The position numbers were made by a program, and so were the translations under genes. The notes beneath the pieces are model-generated. The model did not search any database. It was not told where the DNA came from and was given only the letters and a program-made list of their open reading frames with translations. Shown piece by piece: positions 44,867 through 55,234 of a stretch of 64,000 bases of DNA. Source of the DNA: Candidatus Latescibacterota bacterium (GTDB lineage Bacteria; Latescibacterota; UBA2968; GCA-2709665); the NCBI GenBank assembly GCA_965248435.1, contig OZ252100.1, positions 3,200,001 through 3,264,000 on the forward strand. The letters run 5' to 3'. Numbering within the stretch: position 1 is the stretch's first letter; the number at the start of each line of letters is the position of its first letter.

Positions 44867-46351
44867 TTACCTCAGGCCCAGCTCGACCAGGCGCGCTTCA
44901 TCGCCGAGCGGGAACCCTCTCTGTAAGAGCTCCTTCTGGAGCTGCTTGACGTTCAGGTCGCGCGGCTGGACGCCTTCCTTTACGGACATTGCGGCGGCGA
45001 CTCCGGCTGCCTCGCCCAGAAGCATCAAGGCCCCCCTGGCGCGGGCGCTTCCGGGGTCGTGTCCCCGGCGGACGTAAGAGGAGGCCCTTCCCGTGACGAG
45101 GAGGCCGTCCAGGCCCTTGGGGAGGAGGGTCCTGTATGGGGTATCGAAACCTGAGGCTTCCGCACGACGATAGTTGGCATCGTGCGTGTTCCTGAAGAGG
45201 GTGTCATCGAATCGTCTTCCGATTCGGATGTCCTCCGGTGTGAGTACCACCTCCCCGTCGATAAACGGTCCGCCGCGGGAGCCGAGGTAAGGCGCAATCA
45301 GAATAAGGTAGGCGTCCTCGAATCCCGGGATGTAGTTTCGGAAAAACTGGACCGTCTCAACGACGTGCGCGCGGATGGATGACTCCAGCCTGGAGTTCTG
45401 CACCATGTCCTCTCGCCGAATCTCCCCGCCCATGTTGATGCGGCTTCCTACAATGCCACTGGCCGTCGGCTCTCCGATGTCCTGGACGGACACGTGCACG
45501 TTGTGCTCGACAGACTTCTGGTAGTAGTAGTCACCGCGCTCCCACGCCTTCCTGAACAGGGGCACGAACGGATCGGGAAATCGCAGTCCCCGATAGGCCA
45601 TGCCCTCGTGAACAAACTGGTTTCGCTCGTCCAGCCAGGCCTGATCCGCATCGCTGAGTGTTGTCTTCTTGTTTCGAAACTCCCCGAACGCTTTCGCATC
45701 GATGTTCGCGACCGCGTAGAAGATGCCGGTATCGTTCCAGACCTTGTACTCCTCGTGCAGATACTGAGGTTTGATGACCGGATCGTAGGATGGATCTGCA
45801 GGGACGCTCATGATGACGGGTACTCCGGCCCTGCGCGAGATGTCCGCATCGGCTGAGCCATCGATGACGACCCTGGCCTTGACGGCGACCCTTCCAGATT
45901 TGCCTTCCACAAAGAGCCCGACCATGCGGTTCTCTTCGATGATGGGATCGGCTGCCCATACAGAGAGGAGGAGCTCCACGCCGGCCTCCTCGGCCATCTG
46001 TGCCCCGAGATAGGAGATGATGTTCGACTCTTCGGCGTAGTTGGGTTGCAGGTTTCGCTTCAACTGGTCCATCCTCGCCACGAGTTCCTTTGGAATTCCG
46101 ACGAGGCCGTTCGGCAGAGTGATCGTGGATTCATCGTAGACGGAGCCCCCCACGATCATCGCGGGACCCAGGTTTCCTCCAACGACACCGAACCTGTCGA
46201 TCAGGAGGGTCTTGACGCCGAGACGTCCGGCGGCGAGTGCAGAGAAGAGACCGGACAACCCCGCACCGACCACGACGACGTCAACGTCGTAGGCAACGGG
46301 CACGTCCTTTTGGGGTTCGGTCACAAAGCCCAATGGATCGGTTTGCGTCAT
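44867..46351 (-). CDS. FAD-dependent oxidoreductase (FAD_oxidored/HI0933-like family)
   Basis: DVVVVGAGLSG..SA..A.R.G, VIDGSADAD, PYR.LLPK.LDGLLV.GR, GEAAG.AAA, LQ..L...G. Confidence 0.88.
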   Translation of the reverse strand: MTQTDPLGFVTEPQKDVPVAYDVDVVVVGAGLSGLFSALAAGRLGVKTLLIDRFGVVGGNLGPAMIVGGSVYDESTITLPNGLVGIPKELVARMDQLKRNLQPNYAEESNIISYLGAQMAEEAGVELLLSVWAADPIIEENRMVGLFVEGKSGRVAVKARVVIDGSADADISRRAGVPVIMSVPADPSYDPVIKPQYLHEEYKVWNDTGIFYAVANIDAKAFGEFRNKKTTLSDADQAWLDERNQFVHEGMAYRGLRFPDPFVPLFRKAWERGDYYYQKSVEHNVHVSVQDIGEPTASGIVGSRINMGGEIRREDMVQNSRLESSIRAHVVETVQFFRNYIPGFEDAYLILIAPYLGSRGGPFIDGEVVLTPEDIRIGRRFDDTLFRNTHDANYRRAEASGFDTPYRTLLPKGLDGLLVTGRASSYVRRGHDPGSARARGALMLLGEAAGVAAAMSVKEGVQPRDLNVKQLQKELLQRGFPLGDEARLVELGLR

Positions 46352-46435
46352 CCGCTCTCCTTTCAGTCAGAAGTCCAGACTGCTTTCTGTATTTCGTAGG
46401 TGAGAAATATTACTCATATGATACCAATTATGTCT

Positions 46436-47170
46436 TTAAGGAGAGTTCCATTTCTTGAGAGATATCTCTCCGTTTTCCATGACCGCGTAGTGGTCTTCGT
46501 AGAGCCAATCGCCCAGGACGACGAAGGTACCGCCGTCCATCCTGGTTTGAAGCGGACGGTGAAAATGTCCGCAGACGACGATATCGAATCCTCGTGTGAT
46601 CTTTTCGCGAATGACCGGCATGGGGATTTCCCGAGTCGGATTGGCTATGCTGCGTGATCGATAGTTGGAGAGGCGAGAGGTCGTGCTCGCCAGGAAGGCA
46701 CCCAGGTCAGGATGGAGCAGGCGGAAGAGCACGATGCATACCGGGTTTTTCAGGATCCATCGCTTGAGCCGGGCTTTCCAGCTCTCTCGAAGCTCATCTC
46801 CGTGGGTAACGTAAACCCTGCGTCCCTGGTGCTCGACTGCGATTGGCCCCCCAGGGAGGTGCAAACCGACCTGCCCAGACAGGTAATCACCCAGCCAGAT
46901 GTCGTGATTTCCCGGAAGGTAGACGACCCGAACCCCGTCCTGCACGAGCGCGTGAAGGGCGAAGATCACCTTGCCCGCCCGAGCGGGTACGACGGTTCGA
47001 TATTCGAACCAGAAGTCAAACAGGTCCCCGACAATGTAAAGGACCTCCGCATCTTTCCGGATCGAACGAAGGAAGGCGACGAGGGATTCTTCCTGATCCC
47101 GATTCGAACGACCCGAAAGACGGGTACCGAGATGGGCATCAGAGATGAAGTAGATTCGATTTCGGGGCAT
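46436..47170 (-). CDS. lpxH: UDP-2,3-diacylglucosamine diphosphatase (LpxH family metallophosphoesterase)
   Basis: FISDAHLG, GDLFDFWFEY, GNHD, THGD, CGHFHRP, LGDW. Confidence 0.85.
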   Translation of the reverse strand: MPRNRIYFISDAHLGTRLSGRSNRDQEESLVAFLRSIRKDAEVLYIVGDLFDFWFEYRTVVPARAGKVIFALHALVQDGVRVVYLPGNHDIWLGDYLSGQVGLHLPGGPIAVEHQGRRVYVTHGDELRESWKARLKRWILKNPVCIVLFRLLHPDLGAFLASTTSRLSNYRSRSIANPTREIPMPVIREKITRGFDIVVCGHFHRPLQTRMDGGTFVVLGDWLYEDHYAVMENGEISLKKWNSP

Positions 47171-47205
47171 CAAACCTCTGCTATGATCAGGGTTGCGTTT
47201 TTGAC

Positions 47206-49257
47206 TCAGCGAGGATTATCCTCACGCCAGCTTTTTATGGCGTCCGCCTTAGAGAATTCCGGATTCAGTTTCAACACCTTTTCAAAGAGGGCTCGGGCTG
47301 CTTCTATCTGTTGCGCATCCAGGTAGGCGATTCCCAGATTGTAATAGGCCTCTTCGAAATCGGGTTCGATCTCGATCGCCTTCTGATAGCTGGAGATCGC
47401 CCTCTGGATCTGACCCAGGCTCGAACTGGCATTCCCCAGGTTGGCGAAGGCCCGCGAGTGGTTGGCGTTCAACGATACGGTTTTCTCGTAAGCTTGAATG
47501 GCCTCCTCATAACGGCCAAGGCGGTTGTAGGCGTTCCCCATGTTGTAATAGCCGTCGGCATACGCAGGCTGGATGCCAACGGCCTTCTGATAGTATTCGA
47601 CCGCGTTTTCGTAGTCGCCTGTAAGGAAGAACACGCTGCCGACATTTGCGTAGGCGCCCACGAAGTCCGGATCCAGTTCTATGGAACGCCGATAGGCCTC
47701 CAAGGCCTCGTCATATTGTCCCAACTTGAGCCGACAGTTCCCGAGGGAGCTCCAGTGTCTGGGATTGTCGGGGCTCGCATCCAGGGCACGGCTGAAGGCT
47801 GCGCTTGCATTCTCTATCTCTTTGTGATCGAGGTAATGGCGCCCCAGGGTTTCCCATCCATAGGACCGAGCAGTCGGCGAAAGCTGTGTCCTTTGCATCA
47901 AGAGGTCTGAGAATCTGTCGACGGCGGATTCTGGTCGTGCACTGAGCCCGATCCAGGAGGCCGTGTGGAGGCCAGCAGCCAGAAAGATGATGATCCCGAG
48001 TTCGCGCGCTACTCCGGTCCTTCGGTTCCGAGCGATGAAGGATCGCGCCGACCAGAGGGTGAATGGAAGGGCAGCGAAAGCAAGCGCATCCCAGTCCCGG
48101 AAGGCGCCGATTTCGGGGTTCACGAGGAGTGTGAAGGCAATCGGAAAGATCGCGGCCGCGAGGAAGAAGGTGCGGATCGAATCTGGGGGTAATCTGCCCC
48201 TCCGGAAGGTGCAGATTGCGATTAACGCCGCGGGAGCCACGAGGAGGTACTGGTTGAATATGGCAAGGATATGTGCGGGAGAGAAGAGGGTGTAGGGCTG
48301 ATCAGGGCCGTCCTGCCCGAAAATCGAAAGGAGGTGGGAGGGCCTCACGTTTTCCGTGTAGGCGGGGAGACTGAAACCGATCATCCAGAGGATGAGGAGG
48401 GCCAGGATGGGCGCGACACCGATCGCGAGCCCGTTCATCGTCACGGCCCTTACGCGCGAACGGTCTGGTTCAGGATCGCTGGACTGTGCCGAAAGCAGGA
48501 AAAGGGACGGAGCGAGCGTCACAGTGACGAAGTGCAAAGGGAAGAGCACCCCCAGGACGACGGCAGGCACCCAAAGCGGAAGTCGTTTCTGAAGGACGAG
48601 GGACCCGGTCCAGAGGTAGAGGAGGATGACCGGAGGCAGGATGGCATAGGTCTCCACGTATCCGAAGAAGAGCTGAAGGAAGCCCGCGGTGAGCAAGAAC
48701 CCGAGCGTGACAAGCCGCTCGGCAGCGTTTTGGCCGAGTGTGCGGGCGACGGGGAACGCTAGCGCGGAGTAGAGGATCCCGGATGCGGTGCTCCAGGATC
48801 GGTAGACGGTCTCTGGCGAATCCAGCGTGCTGGTGGCGTATCCATAGATGGCCTTTATGCTCCAGTAGCTGAGTGGGGCATTCACACCTTTCCACGTCAC
48901 GCTGGGCTTGAAGAAGGTTAGGTCGCGCAGTAGAAGAGATCCGTCCCCGAGGAGGTGCAGCGCCGATCTGAAAGTGAAGAAGAGTATGGCGCCCACGATC
49001 GCGAGGATGACGGAGGAGAGGATGACTGAGCGGACCGAACGCCAGGGATCGAGAGTGGAGATCGTATTCACGAGCGTGTTGATGAGTATCGTCCTGATCG
49101 GGGGCAAAAGAATAATCAAGCTCAAGAGCATGAAGAAGATCAGCCCACGGGTTGAAGTATAGGCCAACATGTTCGCTCCCCACAGGCAGAGCGGATCCCA
49201 GTAGGCCAGGAGGAGGTGGAGGGTGAGGAAACACGAGACAACCGAAATCGGTCTCAT
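47206..49257 (-). CDS. Polytopic membrane protein with C-terminal TPR repeats (paralog 2)
   Basis: About 12 hydrophobic segments, HLLGDG, FFGYVETY, NPEIGAFRDWD, then several TPRs (AY.NLG..Y). Start 49257 or 49296. Confidence 0.8.
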   Translation of the reverse strand: MRPISVVSCFLTLHLLLAYWDPLCLWGANMLAYTSTRGLIFFMLLSLIILLPPIRTILINTLVNTISTLDPWRSVRSVILSSVILAIVGAILFFTFRSALHLLGDGSLLLRDLTFFKPSVTWKGVNAPLSYWSIKAIYGYATSTLDSPETVYRSWSTASGILYSALAFPVARTLGQNAAERLVTLGFLLTAGFLQLFFGYVETYAILPPVILLYLWTGSLVLQKRLPLWVPAVVLGVLFPLHFVTVTLAPSLFLLSAQSSDPEPDRSRVRAVTMNGLAIGVAPILALLILWMIGFSLPAYTENVRPSHLLSIFGQDGPDQPYTLFSPAHILAIFNQYLLVAPAALIAICTFRRGRLPPDSIRTFFLAAAIFPIAFTLLVNPEIGAFRDWDALAFAALPFTLWSARSFIARNRRTGVARELGIIIFLAAGLHTASWIGLSARPESAVDRFSDLLMQRTQLSPTARSYGWETLGRHYLDHKEIENASAAFSRALDASPDNPRHWSSLGNCRLKLGQYDEALEAYRRSIELDPDFVGAYANVGSVFFLTGDYENAVEYYQKAVGIQPAYADGYYNMGNAYNRLGRYEEAIQAYEKTVSLNANHSRAFANLGNASSSLGQIQRAISSYQKAIEIEPDFEEAYYNLGIAYLDAQQIEAARALFEKVLKLNPEFSKADAIKSWREDNPR

Positions 49258-49304
49258 CCCGACTGTTGAACTCTTTGGATTGATTCGATCGTGCATTGAA
49301 TTTC

Positions 49305-51284
49305 TCAGGGATTCGAACTCAGCCACGCCCGAATTTCATGCCTGCCCCAATGGGAGGGATCCAATTCCAAAAGTGTAAGGAAATAGTGGCGGGTACTGTC
49401 GATCTGCCCCTGTTCCATGTAGATACTTCCGAGGTTGTAATAAACTTCTGAGTAATGGGCATCGAGTTCGATTGCCCTCCGAAAGGCATTAATGGCCAGT
49501 TGCTTCTCACCCATGCCGCGAAGGGCTGCGCCAAGGTTGTTGAAGGCAATCGCGTAGTCTGGGTTTATTTCGAGTGCACGTCGTAGAAGATCAAGTGCGT
49601 TCTCTGGCCTGCCTAATTCGACATAGACGCCTCCCAGGTTCGTGTGAGCTTCGAAGTAACGCGGATTGATCTTTATCGCCTGCTGGAAATTGCGTGCAGC
49701 ACTTTCGAACTGTTCGTCTTGGACCTTCAGATTGCCAATAGCCATCCAGTAGCGGGGGTTCTCAGGGTTCGCGTCCACGGCCATCCGATATGCGTTCAGG
49801 GACTCCGTCTCCCGACCGGAATCGCGATAGTAAACACCTATCGTTTCCCAGCCAAAAGCTCGTGCGCTGGGTGAGAGCGGGGCGACCTCAAGATTCTGGA
49901 TGAACCGGTCTTCGGTACAGGCCTGGCCCGCATTGAGGCCGATCCATAACGATGTATGGAGGGCTGCACCGCCGCAAATGAGTATGCCTGCGTGGGCGAG
50001 TCGAGTGTTGTCCCGGACCCGATCGGTGAGCGAGAGGGCCGCCCAGAGGGTGAGCGGCAGGCTGGGGAAGGCCATCACGTCCCAATCTCGAAAAGCGCCG
50101 ATCTCGGGGTTTCCCAAGAAGGTCAAAAGGAATGGAAAGGCGCCTGCCCAAAGGAGAAAGGTTTGTTCCGGTCTCTCGGGGAGTTTGGTTCCCGGCCGCA
50201 GGAAAAGCACCATAAGGAAGGAGGAACCCGTGAGGAGGAATTGGTTCAATACATCGAGCATGTGGGCGGGGTCGAAGAGCCGGTAGGGTAAAGAAAAGCC
50301 CGGCGCTGAAAGCAGGGGCAAAAAGCTTCGTCCGCCTACTGTAGCTGCATAGGCCGACGGATTGAATCCGAGCGAGAGCAGGAGGATCAGTGCCACGGCC
50401 GGCGCGGTGGCGAGTGTGGCGAGCGTCTTGAGGAGGGCAGGGAACGAAACGGGGCGAGTCTGGGACGGGACTTCGTCGATTCTGCCCTGGGGACGGGCGG
50501 GCCGCACAGATGACCTATTCAGGTGAAGAAAGACGGCCAGCAGGAGGAGTGACGGCGAAAGTGAGATCGTTTTGAGGTGTAAGGGGATCAGGAGCCCCAA
50601 CAAGAGGGAGGGGACCCAAAGAGAGATTTTTCCACGCAGGGTCTCGATCCCGATCAGAAGGTAGAGAAGGGTCGCCGGGAAGAGGATGGGATAGGTTTCA
50701 ACGTATCCGAAAAAGAGGAGCAGGAATCCGGCGGTGAGCAGGAATCCGAGGATAACGACACTCTCGGTATGTGAACGGCCAAGCTTTCGAGCCATCAGCC
50801 GGCTGAGAAAGACGTAGAAGATCCCCGAGAAGATGCTGCACGCTCTGTATGTAAATTCGGCGGAACCCGAAAGAGAATGGCTAAGCGCGTGGAGCTTTCC
50901 GATCAGCCACAAGAACAGGGGCTTGTTGCTCCCCGTGTGGATCGAGGTATCCAACTCCCTCACCAGGAGGTAGCCGTCGCCGAGGAGATGGGTCGCAGAG
51001 CGAGCTCCAACAAACGCGACAGAAGCAACAACCAACAACAGGAGCATCGATCCGCGTCTTTCCAAGAAACCATCGGCGACCGGAAGCTTTGCCGAGAGCC
51101 GGACCAGATAAAGACGAGTTCTGGGAATCAACAAGAAGGCTGTCAGGGCGAAAAAGGCGGCGAGCGCCCCATCCGGGAGGAAGCGCAGCGTGTCCACGCC
51201 CCAGAGGGGGAACGGATTCCAAAACGCAGACATCAGGTGAAGCCCGAGGAACACACCCACGATGACGGTCAGTCTGGTTATCAT
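49305..51284 (-). CDS. Polytopic membrane protein with C-terminal TPR repeats (paralog 1)
   Basis: Same motifs HLLGDG, FFGYVETY, NPEIGAFRDWD, GWET.G; ATG 51284 overlaps the helicase stop (ATGA). Confidence 0.8.
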   Translation of the reverse strand: MITRLTVIVGVFLGLHLMSAFWNPFPLWGVDTLRFLPDGALAAFFALTAFLLIPRTRLYLVRLSAKLPVADGFLERRGSMLLLLVVASVAFVGARSATHLLGDGYLLVRELDTSIHTGSNKPLFLWLIGKLHALSHSLSGSAEFTYRACSIFSGIFYVFLSRLMARKLGRSHTESVVILGFLLTAGFLLLFFGYVETYPILFPATLLYLLIGIETLRGKISLWVPSLLLGLLIPLHLKTISLSPSLLLLAVFLHLNRSSVRPARPQGRIDEVPSQTRPVSFPALLKTLATLATAPAVALILLLSLGFNPSAYAATVGGRSFLPLLSAPGFSLPYRLFDPAHMLDVLNQFLLTGSSFLMVLFLRPGTKLPERPEQTFLLWAGAFPFLLTFLGNPEIGAFRDWDVMAFPSLPLTLWAALSLTDRVRDNTRLAHAGILICGGAALHTSLWIGLNAGQACTEDRFIQNLEVAPLSPSARAFGWETIGVYYRDSGRETESLNAYRMAVDANPENPRYWMAIGNLKVQDEQFESAARNFQQAIKINPRYFEAHTNLGGVYVELGRPENALDLLRRALEINPDYAIAFNNLGAALRGMGEKQLAINAFRRAIELDAHYSEVYYNLGSIYMEQGQIDSTRHYFLTLLELDPSHWGRHEIRAWLSSNP

Positions 51285-54200
51285 TTGATGGGAGCTGCCG
51301 AATGAGGAACCGTGTCCAGCGATTTCTCCGGAACGGTCGCGTCGATTGGGGAGGGATCCATTCCGAGGTCTCTCCAAAATCGTGAAGGAACGAGGTCTCG
51401 ATTCGCGCGACGCCGGACCCGAGTAAGCGTAAGCCTGTCCTTCGCCCGCGTCATGCCGACATAAAGCAGACGGCGCTGTTCCTCCATCTCGCCGGGATCA
51501 CCGCTTCTGATTGCCCGGTCGTTGGGCAGCATGCCGTCCTCCAGCCCGCAGATGTAGACCTCCCTGAACTCGAGGCCCTTTGCCGCGTGGAGCGTCAGGA
51601 GGCTGACCGCTTCACGCTCCTGGGCCTCATCTTCGGAACGATACAGATCGGCGAAGTCCAGGAATCTTTCGATCTTCTCACGAAGGGTGCGACGAGCAGA
51701 ACTGAACTCCTGGGCAATATCCCGAAAGCGCTGAACCTGCTCGGGCGCCCGGGTCGCGATGAGTTCGGGGCTGGGTTCTTCCCCGAGCCTCGTGTGGACC
51801 TGGTCGGTGAGGCGGTGGAGGTCGAGGCGCGGAAACTGCAGGGTCAGATCCTTGAGGCAGCGGTTGCCTGGAGTGAGAAGACGCTGAGCACCCAGGTTGA
51901 AATGGAGCTCCTCTTCCTCGGCGAATCGGTCGTGCCGGCTCGAGGGCTTCTGGAAGAGCATACAAAGCGCGACCCTGTCCAGCAGCCTTTCGTGTGAGGT
52001 TCGTCTGGAGCGCGCTGCACGCTCCCGCTTGAGTCCTTTGAAGACAAGGTGGAGATAACGGGCATCCTCCAGGGCTCGGTGACGCCTTTCTGACTTCTGG
52101 ATCTCGTAACGCTCGCACAGTGCGTCGATGCCATGCGAGGCCCTCGGGAAATAGCTGCGCGCGACGGGGAGGGTATCGAGCGTCGCGTTGGGGATCCTGG
52201 GAAGGCCTTTCCGTCGCGTTTCCCTGTGGAGGACCTGAAAGTCAAACCGAAAGCCGTTGTGGGCGACCAGCAGGTCGGTACCCACGAATTCCCTGAATTT
52301 GGGGTAGACCTCCTCGAGCGGTGAAGCCTGCGCGAGCTGGGTTTCGTCCAAGCCGTGGATCGCACTGGCCGCCGGTGAGACGGGATCTACCGGACGGACG
52401 AGGGTTTGGAAGGTGTCTATCTCACGTCCACCTCGCACTCGTACTGCACCGATTTCGACAATTTCGGCCCGATCCAGGTCGAGATCCGTCGTCTCGATGT
52501 CGAACGCGACGTAGTCGGGGAGGTAAGGTAAAGTGTCGGCGCGAACGATCGCCTGGCAGAGCTTCAGGGCGACTAGGGCTGGGCCGATCTCTGCCTGCTC
52601 CACGATTCGACCGAGGTGGATGAATCTGGCCGCGGTGGGAGGCTCGAGGTCGAAAGAGAGCACTCGCGAGGTGTCGGCAAGTTCCAGCCGGCTGACCGGC
52701 GGGGGATCCAGGACCGCGAGACCGGGTCGCGCGAGTGCGAGTCGGATGATCTGAGCGAGGGTCGTGCGGAGGATCTCATCCCTGCAGGCGACGTAAAGGG
52801 TGCCTCCGTTCTTATAAAGGGGGAGAACCTCGGAGATCACCTCTTCGAAACCGGGCAGGGAAAGAGGGTCCTGGATACGATCCAGGTGGTTCTTGAGGGA
52901 CATTCCGGACGCGGTGTTCAGTTGATCCAGTACGTCATTGACCAGGTCGCTGAAGGAGGCGTCCGACCCCTTTGTCACCGCACTCGCCACAGTCCCGGCG
53001 AGTCCGAGGGCACGTTCGACTTCGCTGTTTTCCTCAGCCGACTCCTTTAGATACAGGAATGCCGCCTGTTTGAAGCTTTTGATGGCGTGCTTTTCCTGGA
53101 GCGAGCGGATCGCAGGATAGAGCGTGGGGTCAACAACGTCCAGCTCCTTTCTGAGGAAGAGTTCCAGACTGGCTTCATTTCCTCGATTCAGGGCGTAGCG
53201 CAGGATGGAGAGAACGCGCCGAAGGTCAGGCTGATCGAAGAGACCACGTTTTCGAGACATGTGACAGGGGATGCCTGCCGCCATGAATGTGCGCTCGAGC
53301 TGCTTGCCAACGGCGTGCTGAGGGTAGAGCACGGCGATGTCCCGACAGGAGAGGTCGGGGCACTGTGTGAGGCGGTTTCGGATATCTTCAGCAAGGTACG
53401 AACCCTCTTCTTCTGAGGTTTCGAACGCAAGGCCCGAGACGCCCGCACCTCGTCTCCGGGGGTTCAACTCGCGTTCGTAGCTCGCAGCGCTCTCTGGCAA
53501 CACCTGTCTGGCGAGTTGGAGTATTTCGCCGGTCGTGCGGTAGTTCTGGTCGAGTAGAATCGGTGGTTCCCCCTGGAGAAAGTCTTCCTCGAACCGGTGC
53601 AAGTTCTCCGGATCCGCATTTCTCCAGGCGTAGATGCACTGTTCGTCATCGGCAACCACGAAGAGGCTCCGATGAGAAAGCGCCAGCTGGCGGATGAGTT
53701 CGTACTGGACCTGGTCGGTGTCCTGAAATTCGTCGACAAGGATGTGCAGGAATCGGTCGCGAAGCGACTCGAGGAGGTGCGGAAAGTTTTCCAGGAGGTC
53801 GTGCGTAAGGAAGATGAGGTCGTCGAAGTCGACGAGGTGATTGGCCCGAAGTTCGGCCCTGTATGATCGAAGGAGCTTTGCGTCTCCAGGGGAAGTTTGG
53901 GCTTCTTGACTTCGCCACATCGTACGCCGGACCTTTTGGACGTGGCGGAGCGCGTTGGTTATACTGCCCGCTTCGGCGCTCATTTTCGGAAGCGCTCTGT
54001 GGAGGACGACGCGCTGGAGGTCTTCGTCCGCGACGGTGAAGTGTGGCGAGAGGCCGGCCGCGCTATGGTGTTCCCTCAGGACGCCGATGCAGAACCGGTG
54101 AAAGGTCCCCACGGTGGGCATGGTCGGGCCGCGATGGGAGGCTTCGAGCCGACTCGCCATTTCCCGGGCCGCCTTGTTCGTGAACGTGAGGGCCAGAATC

Positions 54201-54376
54201 TTGTCCGGGGGGATGCCGTATGCGGTGACCAGATAACGGATTCGCTCCGTCAGAACGAGGGTCTTCCCAGCCCCGGGTCCAGCCAGGACGAGGTGCGGTC
54301 CAACCGGCGCGGTCACGGCAGCCAGCTGTCGAGGGTCCAATGTCAGGTTGTATGCATTCGCGTATTGGAGATTCAT
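51281..54376 (-). CDS. UvrD/PcrA-like SF1A helicase with inserted DnaQ-type DEDDh 3'-5' exonuclease
   Basis: AGPGAGKT, TFTNKAAREM, DEFQD, NYRT, TLHAAKGLEF, RRLLYVGMTRAK; ExoI FDIETT, ExoII AHN..FD, ExoIII HRALEDA. Confidence 0.9.
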   Translation of the reverse strand: MNLQYANAYNLTLDPRQLAAVTAPVGPHLVLAGPGAGKTLVLTERIRYLVTAYGIPPDKILALTFTNKAAREMASRLEASHRGPTMPTVGTFHRFCIGVLREHHSAAGLSPHFTVADEDLQRVVLHRALPKMSAEAGSITNALRHVQKVRRTMWRSQEAQTSPGDAKLLRSYRAELRANHLVDFDDLIFLTHDLLENFPHLLESLRDRFLHILVDEFQDTDQVQYELIRQLALSHRSLFVVADDEQCIYAWRNADPENLHRFEEDFLQGEPPILLDQNYRTTGEILQLARQVLPESAASYERELNPRRRGAGVSGLAFETSEEEGSYLAEDIRNRLTQCPDLSCRDIAVLYPQHAVGKQLERTFMAAGIPCHMSRKRGLFDQPDLRRVLSILRYALNRGNEASLELFLRKELDVVDPTLYPAIRSLQEKHAIKSFKQAAFLYLKESAEENSEVERALGLAGTVASAVTKGSDASFSDLVNDVLDQLNTASGMSLKNHLDRIQDPLSLPGFEEVISEVLPLYKNGGTLYVACRDEILRTTLAQIIRLALARPGLAVLDPPPVSRLELADTSRVLSFDLEPPTAARFIHLGRIVEQAEIGPALVALKLCQAIVRADTLPYLPDYVAFDIETTDLDLDRAEIVEIGAVRVRGGREIDTFQTLVRPVDPVSPAASAIHGLDETQLAQASPLEEVYPKFREFVGTDLLVAHNGFRFDFQVLHRETRRKGLPRIPNATLDTLPVARSYFPRASHGIDALCERYEIQKSERRHRALEDARYLHLVFKGLKRERAARSRRTSHERLLDRVALCMLFQKPSSRHDRFAEEEELHFNLGAQRLLTPGNRCLKDLTLQFPRLDLHRLTDQVHTRLGEEPSPELIATRAPEQVQRFRDIAQEFSSARRTLREKIERFLDFADLYRSEDEAQEREAVSLLTLHAAKGLEFREVYICGLEDGMLPNDRAIRSGDPGEMEEQRRLLYVGMTRAKDRLTLTRVRRRANRDLVPSRFWRDLGMDPSPIDATVPEKSLDTVPHSAAPIK

Positions 54377-54451
54377 AGAACTATGCTTAACCTAGGAATA
54401 TGGCCGGTTTTCGACCCAGATTGAATCTCGAGACCCACACAGGAGACATCG

Positions 54452-55231
54452 ATGCCAGACCTGAATGCAATGGACCTCTTTCGACTGGATGATCGTGTTG
54501 CGATCGTGACGGGCGGATCCAAGGGGCTGGGATTCAACATTGCCCTGGGTTTGGCACAGGCGGGAGCAATCACCGTTGTTTGTTCCAGACACGCGGATGA
54601 GAGTGAAGTAGCCTCCAGCAGGATCGCTACGGATACCGGTCGTGACAGCCTTGGACTCGACACGGATGTGAGTGTGGAAGTCGAGGTGGATGGGCTTGTC
54701 GACCGGGTCATGGAGGAGTTTGGACGCATAGACGTCCTGGTCAACAATGCAGGAATCAATTCCAGGCACCCCATCGAATCGTTTCCGATCGACGAATACA
54801 GGCAGATGATCGATGTCAACCTCACCGGCACGTGGTTGTGCTGCAGGGCCGTGGCTCCGGTTATGAAGCAGCGGGGGCGTGGAACGGTGATCAACGTGGC
54901 GTCCACACTGAGCGCCGTCGGGATCGCCGAGATGAGCGCCTACGCCGCGTCAAAGGCGGGCGTGGTCGGATTGACAAGATCTCTGGCGCTGGAGTGGGCG
55001 CCATCCGGCGTGAGGTGCAACGCGCTCTGCCCCGGTCCGTTCGCGACCGAGATGACGGAGCAGTCTCGGCAGGACCGGGAAAGGTCCGCGTGGGTCGCCC
55101 GAATGACAGCGCTCGGTCGGTGGGGAGAGGCACACGAGATCCGTGGAGCAGCGCTTTTCCTGGCGGGGGATGCATCCACATATGTCACGGGCTCCACTCT
55201 GTTTGTGGACGGGGGATGGACGGCTGCGTGA
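54452..55231 (+). CDS. Short-chain dehydrogenase/reductase (gluconate 5-dehydrogenase/FabG-like)
   Basis: TGGSKGLG, LVNNAG, YAASK, VDGGWTA. Confidence 0.92.
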   Translation: MPDLNAMDLFRLDDRVAIVTGGSKGLGFNIALGLAQAGAITVVCSRHADESEVASSRIATDTGRDSLGLDTDVSVEVEVDGLVDRVMEEFGRIDVLVNNAGINSRHPIESFPIDEYRQMIDVNLTGTWLCCRAVAPVMKQRGRGTVINVASTLSAVGIAEMSAYAASKAGVVGLTRSLALEWAPSGVRCNALCPGPFATEMTEQSRQDRERSAWVARMTALGRWGEAHEIRGAALFLAGDASTYVTGSTLFVDGGWTAA

Positions 55232-55234
55232 CCC

